63,940 bases of DNA, filler included, from Octopus bimaculoides (GCF_001194135.2; 5 parts of 5 records of this genome joined end to end with filler, not necessarily neighbours in it), one strand, 5' to 3'; shown: positions 1-11,930, counted from the first letter of the whole stretch. The notes: generated from the sequence alone by a model not told the origin. Numbers and translations: made by a program.

Positions 1-17
1 TTATTATTATTATTATT

Positions 18-430
18 AAGGTGGTGAACTGGAAGACTCGTTAACACGCCGGGCAAAATGCTTAGCGGTATTTCGTCCATCTGCATGATCTGATTTCAAA
101 AATCGGCCGCGGTCGACTTTACATTTCATCCTTTCAGGTTGATAAATTAAGTACCAGTGAAACACTGGAGTCGATGTAATCGACTAGTCCCTCTCCGCCC
201 AAATGTCAGGCCTATAGCAGAAAGGATTATTATTATGAATGTTGGGTGAGCTGGCAGAATCGTATGTCCGCAGGACAAAGTGAATGGTAGCATTCTGGGT
301 TGAAATCCCGCCGGAGTCAATTTTGTTCTTCATCGTTTTGAGGTCGATAAAATAAGTGCCAGTTAAGTACTGGAGTGGATGTGATTGACTTACCCCTCTC
401 ACCAAATTTCACGCTTCGTGCCTATAGCAG
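18..430 (+). mobile_element. Two tandem degenerate tRNA-derived SINEs (family A)
   Basis: Both copies match the family A consensus seen at 3093, 5226 and 26954 (GGCGGCGAGCTGGCAGAA head, GTTCAAATTCC B-box-like motif, gtcgactttgcctttcatcc, taagtaccag, gtcgatgtaatcgact). Confidence 0.8.
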
Positions 431-1154
431 AGAAACATTATAATCACAGAGCAAAATCGTTTGATCGTCGGGGAAATTGGTCTTTTACAGTCTAAGTTCC
501 CATGCTACGGAAATCAAATTTTACTTTAATCATTCCGGGGGTCTATAAAATTTGTACTTGGTTCGGTATTTGTACTTGGATCGGTGTAATCGATTAGCCA
601 CGTCTCTCAAAGCTGCTGGCCTATTGTCTAATTTTGAGACAACTATTTCTAATACCGTTGCTGCTTCTGCTACTGCTGCTACTGTTGCTGCTGCTGCTAG
701 CTATGTTCAGCACTGGATCGATTATCATTAAAATTTATACTTATATTCTTTTGGATTTAAATTCTATCGAGAACAATTTTATATTCTTCTGCAGCCTATA
801 AAATAAATGCAAGTTAATTACTTGTAGCAATTAAATGGTTTACGAATCCTGTGTGGCCTTGTCTCTGAGTTAGATCTCAGTTGTGTAATAAGGAAAGTAT
901 CATTAGTAAATACAAGGGTGATTATTTATGGTGGTTTAACAGGAATGGTGGTGTACCGGATGTAATACTTCACGATATTTACATCCGTTTCTGTACACTT
1001 TGAGTTCAATTCCACCGGGGTCAACTCAGCTTTTCATCGATGCCAAATTGATAATTATCAATCTGACAACGATGAAAGGTAATTGTTTAATTATAATTAA
1101 ACAATTACCTGTTATGTAGTCGGATCTATTGAGTCATCTTTTAATATCTCTCGC

Positions 1155-1270
1155 ATCATCATGATCATCATCATCAACATCAGCAGCATCATTACCATCA
1201 CCATTATCATCATCACAATCATTATCATCGTCATAATCAGCCTTGTAATTATTGTCATCATCATTGTATC
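1155..1270. repeat. (ATC)n-like trinucleotide microsatellite
   Basis: Imperfect CAT/ATC repeats, which explain the Ile-rich ORF 1161-1379. Confidence 0.85.
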
Positions 1271-1474
1271 AATAGTTGGAATAATAGTAGTAGAAATGAT
1301 ATTAGATGTTTTAGTAGTGAGTAATTACGATAACATAACGGTAAGCGGTTCAACGAGAGGTCACCGAAATATATTCTAGATTAAGGGCTGTTTAAAAGCT
1401 ACTTGTATCTTCCTTTCTTGTCCCCAGCACACTAGCACTCAGCACCCTAAATGTGTTTCTTATATATAAATCAG

Positions 1475-1618
1475 CTCTGCACTGAAACAAACTAAAGAAG
1501 GATCTAAAGTTGTGTCGTCGGAAACGCGAGAAACAGCAGTCAAATCCCCTGAATGTCAGAACCTACAGTCTCAAAAAGATAATGGTGTGGAGGAAGATAT
1601 GTCAGAGTGTTTTTCAGG
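1475..1618 (+). CDS. Candidate internal coding exon A of an unidentified host gene (SALKQTKEGSKVVSSETRETAVKSPECQNLQSQKDNGVEEDMSECFS)
   Basis: aatcag acceptor and GG|gtaaaa donor, 144 nt, open in the phase 2-2 frame, non-repetitive hydrophilic composition. No family recognised. Confidence 0.45.
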
Positions 1619-1881
1619 GTAAAAAAAAAGAAAGAAAAAAAGAGACAGTCATGTTGGCTTCTGATCACGAAAACAGCTGGGAAAATATGAGATGACATAT
1701 AAGTGAGTTAAAAGCAGTAGAAAATTGGCATCAAACCAGTGAGCATTACTACAGTCTGTCAACCCATTATACAATAGATAGTTAGTTCCATGTCTATGCT
1801 ACAGACTGTCTTCGAAAACTGAGAGCAAGGTATATGAAACTTTCCAGTGTGAAAATGCATGCAGTCACCCTCAATCCATTA

Positions 1882-1930
<49 letters not shown>

Positions 1931-2263
1931 NNNNNNNNNNNNNNNNNNNNNNNNNNNNNNNNNNNNNNNNNNNNNNNNNNNNNNNNNNNNNNNNNNNNNN
2001 NNNNNNNNNNNNNNNNNNNNNNNNNNNNNNNNNNNNNNNNNNNNNNNNNNNNNNNNNNNNNNNNNNNNNNNNNNNNNNNNNNNNNNNNNNNNNNNNNNNN
2101 NNNNNNNNNNNNNNNNNNNNNNNNNNNNNNNNNNNNNNNNNNNNNNNNNNNNNNNNNNNNNNNNNNNNNNNNNNNNNNNNNNNNNNNNNNNNNNNNNNNN
2201 NNNNNNNNNNNNNNATATATTTGTTCCCTTATTGGGATTGTCACATTGAGTTGACAATATACA

Positions 2264-2319
<56 letters not shown>

Positions 2320-2320
<1 letters not shown>

Positions 2321-2445
2321 ACGACGGGCTTCTTTCAGTTCCGTCAACTTACTCCACTCGCAAGGCTTTGGTCGACCCGAAGCATTCGAAAGGTGTCACG
2401 CAGTGGAACTGAATCTGAAACCATGTGGTCGATAAGTAAACTTCT
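2320..2445 (-). mobile_element. SINE family B (CORE-like) fragment
   Basis: Reverse complement matches the family B copy at 36041 (cgacgggcttctttcagtt, caaggctttggtcg). Confidence 0.75.
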
Positions 2446-3092
2446 TTCTACACACCCACCCCGTCTATTGTTATTTGTGTCAGTCATTGTATCAACTTGA
2501 AGTATCAGCCGAAGTATCAACTTGAAGTGTTAAACAGATCAGATCGACTCAGAACTTATCTTTGATCTAGTAATTATTCTGTCAGTTCTTCCTTCAGAAT
2601 CGCTAAATTACAGGAAAGTAAAAGAACCAACAAACACAACACAAAGGCACGTGATAGGCTTTTTTTCAGTTTCCATGTGCCAACTTCACTCAGTGAGCTT
2701 TGATCGACCCTAGACTCTTGTCCAAGATGTCGTACATTGGTAAGCTAAGACAAACAGCACCTTCATTCGTTCTTCGCTCTCTGTTTTATTTCTATTTTAT
2801 TTTCCTCATCTATTTCCCTCATTCATTTTAACATTTTCTTTTTCTTAGCCTAACTAACATATCACTTGCGGTGGCTTTCAGTTTCTTTTATTTTGCTTCC
2901 TTCGCATGCTATCACCTTTCCATGAATCATTTTCCATCTCTTCTTCCATACATTTTATTGATATTATCCTGATTACTTTCATACCATCGTGTTTACCATT
3001 CACCCTTCTGAAGAGAATATTCGAGGTCTGTCGTATGAATATTCTCACGTGAGTCACGTTCCTGCGAGTTAATAATATTTTTTCCTTTATAA

Positions 3093-3510
3093 GGCGGCGA
3101 GCTGGCAGAAACGTTACCACGCAGGGTGAAATGCTTTGCGGTATTTCGTCTATCTTTACGTTCTGAGTTCAAATTCCCCCGAGGTCGACTTTGCCTTTCA
3201 TCCTTTCGGGCTCGATAAAATTAAGTACTAGTTACGCACTGGGGTAGATGTAATCGACTTAATCCCATTGTCTGTCCCCTCTATGTTTAGTCCCTTGTGG
3301 GCAATAAAGAAATAAGAAACGTTAGCACGTAGGGAGAAATGCTTAGCGGCATTTCGTCAGTCTTACGTTCTGAGTTCAAATTCCGCCGATGTTGACTTTT
3401 CCTTTCATCCAACCGGGGGTCGATAAATTAAGTACCAGTTACGTACTGGGGTAGATGTAATCGACTAGCCCCCTCCCCAAATATTTTGGGCCTTGTGCCT
3501 AGAGTAGAAA
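3093..3510 (+). mobile_element. Two tandem SINE family A copies
   Basis: ggcggcgagctggcagaa head, gagttcaaattcc B-box, shared body, 3' end ggccttgtgcctagagtagaaaa. Confidence 0.85.
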
Positions 3511-4428
3511 ACAATGTTTTTTTTTTCTTTTATACTTTGTGTAATATCTCATTATGTACATCTCTTTGCCTAATATAATTTATATTATCAACCATTCGCC
3601 GAATTTTTGAAATAGCTGTAAAGATGTATTTACAGTTTGAAACATTTATAATAATATCACATATAAATATCTTCCATCTCACGTTGCTTACCCATCTTTC
3701 CTCGTTAATTATAGACTCGAGCTTTGAGTTTCTACTCGTCAAGATTTGTAATGCTGAACAACCTTACTAGTTGGAGTTTATGATTTCGATCAGTCTTAGC
3801 GTTAATCCGGTGCTTATCTATTCTACTCTTGCACTAATATCTTCTCCCTCAACACACACACACACACAAACTCATTATACATATAGGTATACATCTGTGT
3901 GCGTATGTGTGTGCGTCTGTGAATATGTGTGTGTGTGTATGTGTGTATATATGTGTGTGAGAGAGAGTTATACGAACAAGTCTACTGATATAAAAAATAC
4001 TTACTACAAATTTCGTATCACATATTTTTAATTATTTTATTAGCAGTAACTGCCAAGTTCTTCCATTATTTTCACTGACGAAATTTTACTTACGAACCAA
4101 CGTAATAGTATAAAACACTTAAAAATATTTCCTACATGAGATTCGAACTCCAAACAACATATCTTCAAAGTACGCATCTTCACTGTTCAGCAAAGCCTGC
4201 TCTGGAAAAATGCAATTTCTGATAATTATATTAGAATTTATGCCAACATAATTGATCAGTGTTGGAAAATCAGGCACAATTCCCTTGAAACATTGCGGTG
4301 ATCCTCAAATATACTCTCAATGTGATATAATATAATTAGCACGAGTAAACAATACTAAAATGTCTGTATTGTTTTATTTTACTTTCATTTATTTTATATT
4401 TGTTTACTTATCTATTTGTTTGTTTTAG

Positions 4429-4503
4429 TACGAAGAGAAGAAAATCGGATATAATCTGTTTTGACATTCAGAATTCTCATCAACAATTAAATTTCAGCTT
4501 CAG
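4429..4503 (+). CDS. Candidate coding exon B (TKRRKSDIICFDIQNSHQQLNFSF)
   Basis: Strong polypyrimidine ttttag acceptor and CAG|gtaaat donor, 75 nt. Only the phase 2-2 frame is open, and it joins exon A in frame. Confidence 0.45.
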
Positions 4504-5225
4504 GTAAATGCCAATTATAAGAAATAATGATAATAGGATGAGAAAGTTGGGAATTATGACGAATAGTAGGACAGAGATAGATTAGAGTGACCATAATTAT
4601 AATAAGAACGAAGACAATTAAAATAATGTTTTCCAATACAAACACGAGAAGTGAAATTTGTGGTAAGGAAGCTGTTGATTGACTCAAGTAAATAACTGGT
4701 ACTAACTTCATCGCTTTTATTTTTTGTTGTAAAATGGTAGAATCGTTTGAGCAAGGACAGATAACTTCACAATATTTTTTCAGACTCTTTACCCTCTTTG
4801 TTCAAGATGTGTTTTTCTTTCATCCTGGATCGGTAAAAATGTGTTAATTTTAATCTACGGCAGTGGATTGGCGAAACTGTAAAGATATCAAACCGGATCC
4901 TTTGCAGTATTTGTTCCACTTCTTTGCTAATTGTTCGTTGGGCTACTGCAGCGCTAGACTTAATTTGTTGCTCGGTTTGAAATCTTCACCTGGCTGGTCG
5001 CTTGCCATTGATGAAGCTCAGTATTTTGCAAGCATTCGGACTGGGTATTTGGTATGAAAATATCTCCCTTCCCGCCAGTTTCGGAGACCATGGAAAGGAA
5101 GAAAAAAAAGAAAAAAAGAAAAAAAACTGTGAACCTTTGAAACGATAATATCAATCTCTGCTGTGAGATTCGAAATCAAAACGCAAAAGGATGCAATTTA
5201 ATATTGCAGAGATGGGCTTTGCTGA

Positions 5226-5590
5226 AGGCGGCGAGCTGGCAGAAACGTTATCACGCTGGGCGAAATGCTTAACAGTATTTCGTCTGCCGCTACGTTCTGA
5301 GTTCAAATTCCGCCGAGGTCGACTTTGCCTTTCTTCTTTTCGGGGTCGATTAAATAAGTACCAGTTACACACTGGGATCGATATAATCAACTTAATCCGT
5401 TTGTCTGTCCTTGTTTCTCCCCTCTGTGTGTAGCTCCTTGTGGGCAACAAAGAAATAAGAAACGGTAGCACGCCGGGCGAAATGCTTAGCGGTATTTTGT
5501 CTGTCTTTACGTTCTGAGTTCAAATTCCATCGAGGTCGATTTTGCCTTGCATCATTTCGGGGTCGATAAATTAAGTACCAGTTGCGTACT
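5226..5590 (+). mobile_element. Two tandem SINE family A copies (second runs into a gap)
   Basis: Near-identical to the tandem pair at 3093-3510. Confidence 0.85.
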
Positions 5591-5777
5591 NNNNNNNNNN
5601 NNNNNNNNNNNNNNNNNNNNNNNNNNNNNNNNNNNNNNNNNNNNNNNNNNNNNNNNNNNNNNNNNNNNNNNNNNNNNNNNNNNNNNNNNNNNNNNNNNNN
5701 NNNNNNNNNNNNNNNNNNNNNNNNNNNNNNNNNNNNNNNNNNNNNNNNNNNNNNNNNNNNNNNNNNNNNNNNNNNNN

Positions 5778-7805
5778 TATATATATATATATATATATAT
5801 ATATCGCAGTATGTGTGTGTATAATGACTAACACATACATTTCCACAATTCTCAACCGATTTTCTCCTAACTTTATACACACATTAGTTATGTCCCAGAA
5901 CTCTCGCATGAATGGACGTAAATGGATGTAGTTTTTTATGTAGGGTCTTCCATACATTTTTTATCTTTTTTATGCAAGTGAAAAGATTTTGTCTATTTAT
6001 TTACTTCGACTGTCCACCTGCGCTGTGAGCCAGTCAGGAAAAGGATTTAAAAGCTTTCAAATGAAAGCTTTTAAATGAATGTTTATGTTAATTTAAATAT
6101 TTATCCAAAAAAACCTTATTTAGCTGCTACTTTTAGCACAGCACTTGTTATGTCTCCGGTAATTTTCTTTCATGTAAATAAATGTTTACGTTAATTTAAA
6201 AGATTTTCCAAATTCGTTGTATGTACATATTTTTTTGTATGAAGGGTCTTCCATACTATTCTTTTTCTATATCGTCGTATATTGGCATTTGAGAATTTTT
6301 TTACTGTGATTAAATTGACTAGGAACACTACATGCGATGAATATCCAATACCAAAGAATCTTCAGCTCAATATTTAAGCTGCATTAAACTTTGGCAAGCT
6401 TACCATTACCTATTCTGAGTTACTTGAAAAGTGATCTCCTATTTCCTCTCTTCTATTTGTTAATACCTTTCTGTACCTACCATGCGTTGTTTCATTTTAA
6501 GGATGTTTATTTACCTATCCATTATGATATTTAGACTGTTGTCCATTGTTTCAAATACGTTTTAACATTGAGGTTCTAAACTTTTTTAAACAATCACATA
6601 TGATTCGTCCCAAAGAATCAATCTTTAAATAAGAGTTTTGCTATCCCTAACGAAAGCTGTACGTATCTTTCAGAAAGCTTCATACCAATTTCAATTTATG
6701 CAGCATTCGCTGTTACTTTATGTGTGGAAAGACAGAATAAAGGGGTTTTTGTTAGCTTATAATAGAATCGATAATCACTTAGTACAATAAAACCTATTTT
6801 CCTTTTCCAGATAATACAAGCTTGCCACCAGAAAAAGTTTTCTGCAGCGGCAAGGCAGCAGCGGCAAGGCAGCAGCGGCAAGGCAGCAGCGGCAAGGCAG
6901 CAGCGGCAAGGCAGCAGCGGCAAGGCAGCAGCGGCAAGGCAGCAGCGGCAAGGCAGCAGCGGCAAGGCAGCAGCGGTAAGGCAGCAGTGGCAAAGCAGCA
7001 GCGCTGGCAGGGTAAGGAAAGCTGCAACTGCTCCAGAACAGCGTGAAACCTATTGAGAGCGTGCTGCTAACGCAAGGGCCGCAGCAACCTCACAAAATAG
7101 TGCTATCCGTCGGGCACGCAACTCTACATCCCTTCTGCCATGAGGGACGAAGAATCCCCAGAAGAGAGTGCTATCCATCGGGCACGCAACGCTTCATCCA
7201 CTTCTGCCGCGAGGTCGGCAGATGACAATAACCATCGGATGATGAGACTTTGATCTAATTTTCACGGGAAGGCTCTTGCCTATGGCTATCGGAAGCCATC
7301 GAGTAGTTGATGGGCATCAAAGGCACTCAACTATTATCCTGCCGAGGATTACGCCACTCATCGAGAGACTATTACAAGGGAGATGTCTGTAATATGTCCA
7401 TTTTGCAAGGCCCTCAAGTGGATGCTCAACTGAATGGTTCGTTTGCCTGACCTACAGAACACACCTCAGCCTTTCCTCTCTTTACCCCTTGGTCAACACT
7501 CTGATTCGCAGAAATTTATATAGAAAATTCGTGCTTATAACTCTGCCTTCCAAATGACAAGTTTCGGTCACAAACTCATTCATGAAGACTCCAATATGCC
7601 AACGTTCAAAATCCAGGGCCAAACCTATCATCGGAGAGGTTCTATTCATCTTGTCAACATCGCAGAATACCGATTCCTTCCAATTTACTTTAAGGGAGAC
7701 ACCACTGAGCAAAAGGGTCGCTGAGCTCAGGTGGCACCTAGAACAAAGTGAAAAAAATACTACCAAAGAAACTGAACCTGTACAAAAGACGGGTGCATTT
7801 GCTAG
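5778..7805 (+). mobile_element. Internally deleted Helitron (N-terminal Rep/Hel pseudogene plus 3' terminus)
   Basis: Translated pieces MSVICPFCKALKW, VRLPDL and KIRAYNSAFQMTSFGH..MPTFKIQGQTYHR..GS..FLQ match the Helitron Rep/Hel N-terminal pattern. The 3' hairpin CCTGT-acaaaag-ACGGG (7777-7793) is followed 8 nt later by CTAG|T (7802-7806). The 5' end probably lies in the gap or TA tract. Confidence 0.85.
6844..7000 (+). repeat. 14-bp GC-rich minisatellite (GCAGCGGCAAGGCA) x ~11
   Basis: Nine perfect and two degenerate units counted directly. It lies just downstream of the putative Helitron start (TTG CCA CCA, 6822). Confidence 0.9.
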
Positions 7806-7810
7806 TATAT

Positions 7811-7939
<129 letters not shown>

Positions 7940-8469
7940 ATACACAGTTAGTTATATTTATCTATTATATTATTATTTTGTTCTTTTTCCAGCGTGTATG
8001 CTCTGATATATTGTACACCTGCCAAATTCGAATATGAATATACATGAACTGTTTAGAATTTTTTACGTGGCACTTCGATCTACCAGAAATATCACTCAGC
8101 GTTTCATAAACACCATATCATCTCAAAAACTAATAATCCTTCGGATTCCGTAGTCAAAGATACACTGTTCTTCAGGAGGATTCTGGACGCTCAAGACGGA
8201 TGCACCTCTGATGGTAAACATGTTCCCCAAGCCTACGGTCAACGATGATAATATCGTATATGATTATACATCAGGATTAGGTACTAAAGTATTTCCTCGT
8301 ACACTCATTTCACTGTATCGCATTTTCTTTCCTCATCATTGTATACACTAAGGTATCAGCACTTAAGTCGTACGCTTACGAAGAACTTTCAACGTAATAA
8401 CAATTAATGATTGATTCGAGTCAACTACCAGCGTGAGCATGATTGCTTGAAGTGCTAAAACTAGCAGCC

Positions 8470-8810
8470 ACCCGTCGCGTATTGGACATTCGCTGAAAGC
8501 TTTGGCAATCTTGGACCTCGATGCCAAAATCTGAAGATCCATATATTTTCATAGAAAACATACAGTATTTGTGAGCTGTTATCTTTCATCGGTTTATGTA
8601 GTTTAATCAGCTACTTGCCTGCTCACTCGAGCTTACTATTGTGACACATGATCTATTAGCACTTTAGATCATTTGCAAGTGGATTGGCTCACGTGAAATC
8701 TGGGCGTTCTTTTACCGGTTGCCTTCTGTGACACGTCTTTAGGAATAAGCCCTCTATTGAATCATGAGTGCCTTAAGTAACCACACGACCGTTATCTGCA
8801 ATTTAACTCA
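8470..8810 (-). mobile_element. Highly decayed RTE-type LINE 3' fragment
   Basis: Minus-strand translation LIPKDVSQKATGKRTPR resembles the RTE C-terminal RIPK..LYGEL..GKR..GRP motif. Confidence 0.4.
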
Positions 8811-8968
8811 CAACCGGACCCATGACAGTTACTGTCAAACTTAACCAGAGAACTGCAAGTGATTAAGAAGTAAATTATACTCCAAACTGCAGTTCTATAT
8901 TTAAGAAATGAGGAATTATGTACATTATTTACATTTCACGGATATTTGTCCTCATCTTGTTTGTTGTT

Positions 8969-9014
8969 AACACAACATTTCGTCTGATATACCCTCTAGC
9001 CTTCATCAGGTGTC
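8969..9014 (-). ncRNA. Degenerate minimal type I hammerhead ribozyme motif (left arm)
   Basis: Minus strand gacac-CTGATGA-a-ggctag agggtata tcagac-GAAA-tg-tt-gtgtt, with mismatches in stem II and stem III. Confidence 0.55.
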
Positions 9015-9078
9015 TTGGGGGAAGTTCGAATCTGGGTTCTCCTTCCTAAGGTATTTTTCGATGTTGTTGTTGTTGTTG

Positions 9079-9156
<78 letters not shown>

Positions 9157-9358
9157 TTACAGCCTGGAATCGAACTCGGAATCTTGGGTTAGTAACTTGC
9201 GTTCTTAACCACTACGCCACGGGCATATCGCGTAGTGGTTAAGAGCGCGGGCTACTAACCCCATGATTCCGAGTTCAATTCCAGGCAGTGACCTGAATAA
9301 TAATAATAACATCGAAAAATACCTTCGGAATGAGAACCTAGATTCAAAATTTCCGCAA

Positions 9359-9404
9359 AACACCTGATGAAGGCTGGAGGGTATATCAGCCGAAAAGTTG
9401 TGTT
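9359..9404 (+). ncRNA. Minimal type I hammerhead ribozyme motif (right arm)
   Basis: Stem I AACAC(9359-63)/GTGTT(9400-04), core CTGATGA (9364-70), one extra A, stem II GGCTG/CAGCC, GAAA (9392-95), then a near-palindromic A-A-G-T stem III and a TT cleavage doublet. Confidence 0.65.
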
Positions 9405-10754
9405 AACAACAAACAAGATGAGGACAAATATTCGTCAAATGTAAATAATATATACTTCAAATTGCTGAACTCTCGAGGTTCAGTCGCACCGCCTGATGCA
9501 GCTTAATATTTTGCTAGAAGCATTGTCTGGATTAAGAAATGAAGAAAGGTCAGAAGTGAACTGACTTTGATCATATTTCAGCCGTTTCAAAACTGATCAA
9601 TGGCTAAAAACCTAAAACAACCTAATGTACAAGCTAATAAGTTTCGTGCACTGGTAGAAGGAGCAAGCAAACTTTTCTTAAACGAGGTCCTGCTCTCTTT
9701 AGAAGTGAAAAAGCACTTAAGGTAATGCGATGTGGAAAACACCAAGACATTAAAATGTAAGGATTCTCATAGCCGGAATTGATTTGACTATAGGTATTAC
9801 ACGATCAAAATGGATCTAAAGTTAAACACTCACAATAATGTAGCATACTGTTATAATCAGAGACGTGAAAAGGCCAGTGGATTAATCGCGTGTTTAGAGC
9901 GTCGGAAAAAATAATTTGTGCTATTTCTTTTTGTTCTTCACATTCTAATCTCAAGTGTCATCGAGCTCAGATTTATATTTCATATTTTCGTATTCTATAA
10001 AATAAAATACCAGTCATGTATTGAGAAACAATTTAATCGACTAAACCTTCACTCAGAATATCTAGCTTTCTGTTTGTATATATAAAAAAAAAATTTCAAA
10101 TGATAACAATAATAAAGTAAAAGTGAATAAATATAACTGTGCAATGGCCTTTTAATGACTACAATATCTCTATCCGGAATGCATTTGTAATAAATATCAA
10201 TAATAATAAAACAAATTCCATTGAAAGAGGAGAGGTATGAGGAAGAAGAGGAGGTGGAGCAAAACACTTGAGAGAAATTAAGGTGTTGAGGATACACACA
10301 TTAATTAATTATAAGGTTGTAAACATAAACCGCAACACATACACAGCAGTAAAGGAAACCACAATAATAATAACAGCAAGAATAATTAGCAATTACGGGA
10401 ATATAAAAAGAGAAAAGGCAATAGGATATGCTAATTTTATTTTGCATGTTTTATTACATTTTTGTATTACATTTTTATTTTCTATATTTCTTAGCCTTTC
10501 TTATTTTTTGGCCTCAAGGTGACAAAGAAACAAGCTGTTCCAGAGTTATTTGCAACTGTCGAACACAAGTGCTGCTACTGAACACGTGACAGAACATGCA
10601 TCCAGCGGGAAATACATCATCTGTGTGACAGGCAAAGATTGTTCAACATTATTATGGCTAAAGCCGCAGACAGATTCACGTGTGTGCTCTTGAAGAGACA
10701 CGCTGAAACTATGCAATTATTGATGAGTGTAGCAATTAAATAATATTGACAGTG

Positions 10755-10827
10755 GTGATGATGATAACTACGTCGATGCCGGCTACGATGAAGACGACGA
10801 CGACGACGACGACGATCATCATCATCG

Positions 10828-10865
<38 letters not shown>

Positions 10866-10890
10866 GTCATCATCGTCATCATCATGGTGA
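10755..10890. repeat. Compound (ACG)n/(ATC)n microsatellite
   Basis: Direct trinucleotide repeats. Confidence 0.85.
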
Positions 10891-11289
10891 CAGGGATGAC
10901 GAGGGACTTGATGGATATTATATATCGCTTATTAACATAATAACTATGATTCCCAACATAAGAATAACGTCACGAATTTGAGGTAGACTAACGCAGTGCT
11001 GAGTAAACTGACTTTAATACTCGTCTGATATTTTCTTTTGTCGATCCTGAAAGGATGAGATATAATTCTCTCCAGTATACTATGAAGGTAGAGGTGCGAT
11101 AAAAAAAAGTGGCAAAGTCATTTTCCGGCTAACCATTGCATTTAAGATGAAAATAGTGAGTTTTTCTTCTTGACATATTGGAGAAGTCGATAGTTTCAAA
11201 ACCAGTACTTAACGAATAGTTAATTTCATCGATATCAGAAGCACAAATGACAAAAATCTAGTTCAACAGATTCTGAAGGAAGCTAAATA

Positions 11290-11507
11290 TTCTTTTCTAC
11301 TCTAGGCACAAGGCCCGAAATTTTGGAGGAGAGTGCCAGTTGATTAGATTGACCCCAGTATGCAACTGGTACTTAATTGGTCGACCCCCGGAAGGATGAA
11401 AGGAAAAGTCGACCTCGGCGGAATTTGAACTCAGAACGTAACAGCAGACGAAATACCGCTAATCATTTCGCCCGGCGTGCTAACGATTCTGCCAGATCGC
11501 CGCTTTA
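11290..11507 (-). mobile_element. Full-length SINE family A with 14-bp target-site duplication
   Basis: Reverse complement of the family A consensus, flanked by aaggaagctaaata (11276-11289) and aaggaagctatata (11508-11521). Confidence 0.85.
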
Positions 11508-11759
11508 AAGGAAGCTATATAATTACATCACATGTGACACATACATACATACATACATACATACATACTTAGGTACTATTTCGAAACTTGAGAAAAGGAA
11601 GCTAAATAAGGCAAAGTATGTTATCTTACTTTCAACAGATTGCGACGTCATTATGATTACAAGGAGAATGTTGAAGGCAGAAACAAAGTTTCGTCAAGTA
11701 TTGAAAAAATGCAGAGATAATGTTGAAACAGAAATAGATATACTATAAAACTGGATTCA

Positions 11760-11798
<39 letters not shown>

Positions 11799-11855
11799 AA
11801 ACCAGCTATATGAGGCTTTGATCCTTTGATCTACGGGAAGTAGCTTTGTTGTGTG

Positions 11856-11930
<75 letters not shown>

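Larger units (their letters stand above)
8921..9452. mobile_element. Head-to-head inverted dimer of a tRNA-head/(TAA)n/hammerhead element
   Basis: Arms 8921-9219 and 9231-9452 are reverse complements apart from TAA-tract length. Each arm has a TGGCGTAGTGG-like A box, a GAGTTC(G/A)ATTCC B box, a TAA tract and CTGATGA...GAAA. Confidence 0.85.

Noticed and set aside
4586-5057. Extra exons 4586-4662 and 4864-5047 that would extend exon B in frame
   Set aside because: The phases fit, but the 4586 acceptor is purine-rich and the peptide is uninformative, so chance is likely.
6844-7000. CRISPR-like array
   Set aside because: The units are contiguous with no spacers, there are no cas genes, and the context is eukaryotic.
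9152-9296. Two tRNA-like sequences as genuine tRNA genes
   Set aside because: There is no proper acceptor stem, the anticodon stem is weak with an ACT triplet, and they are embedded in a repeat. They are better explained as SINE heads.
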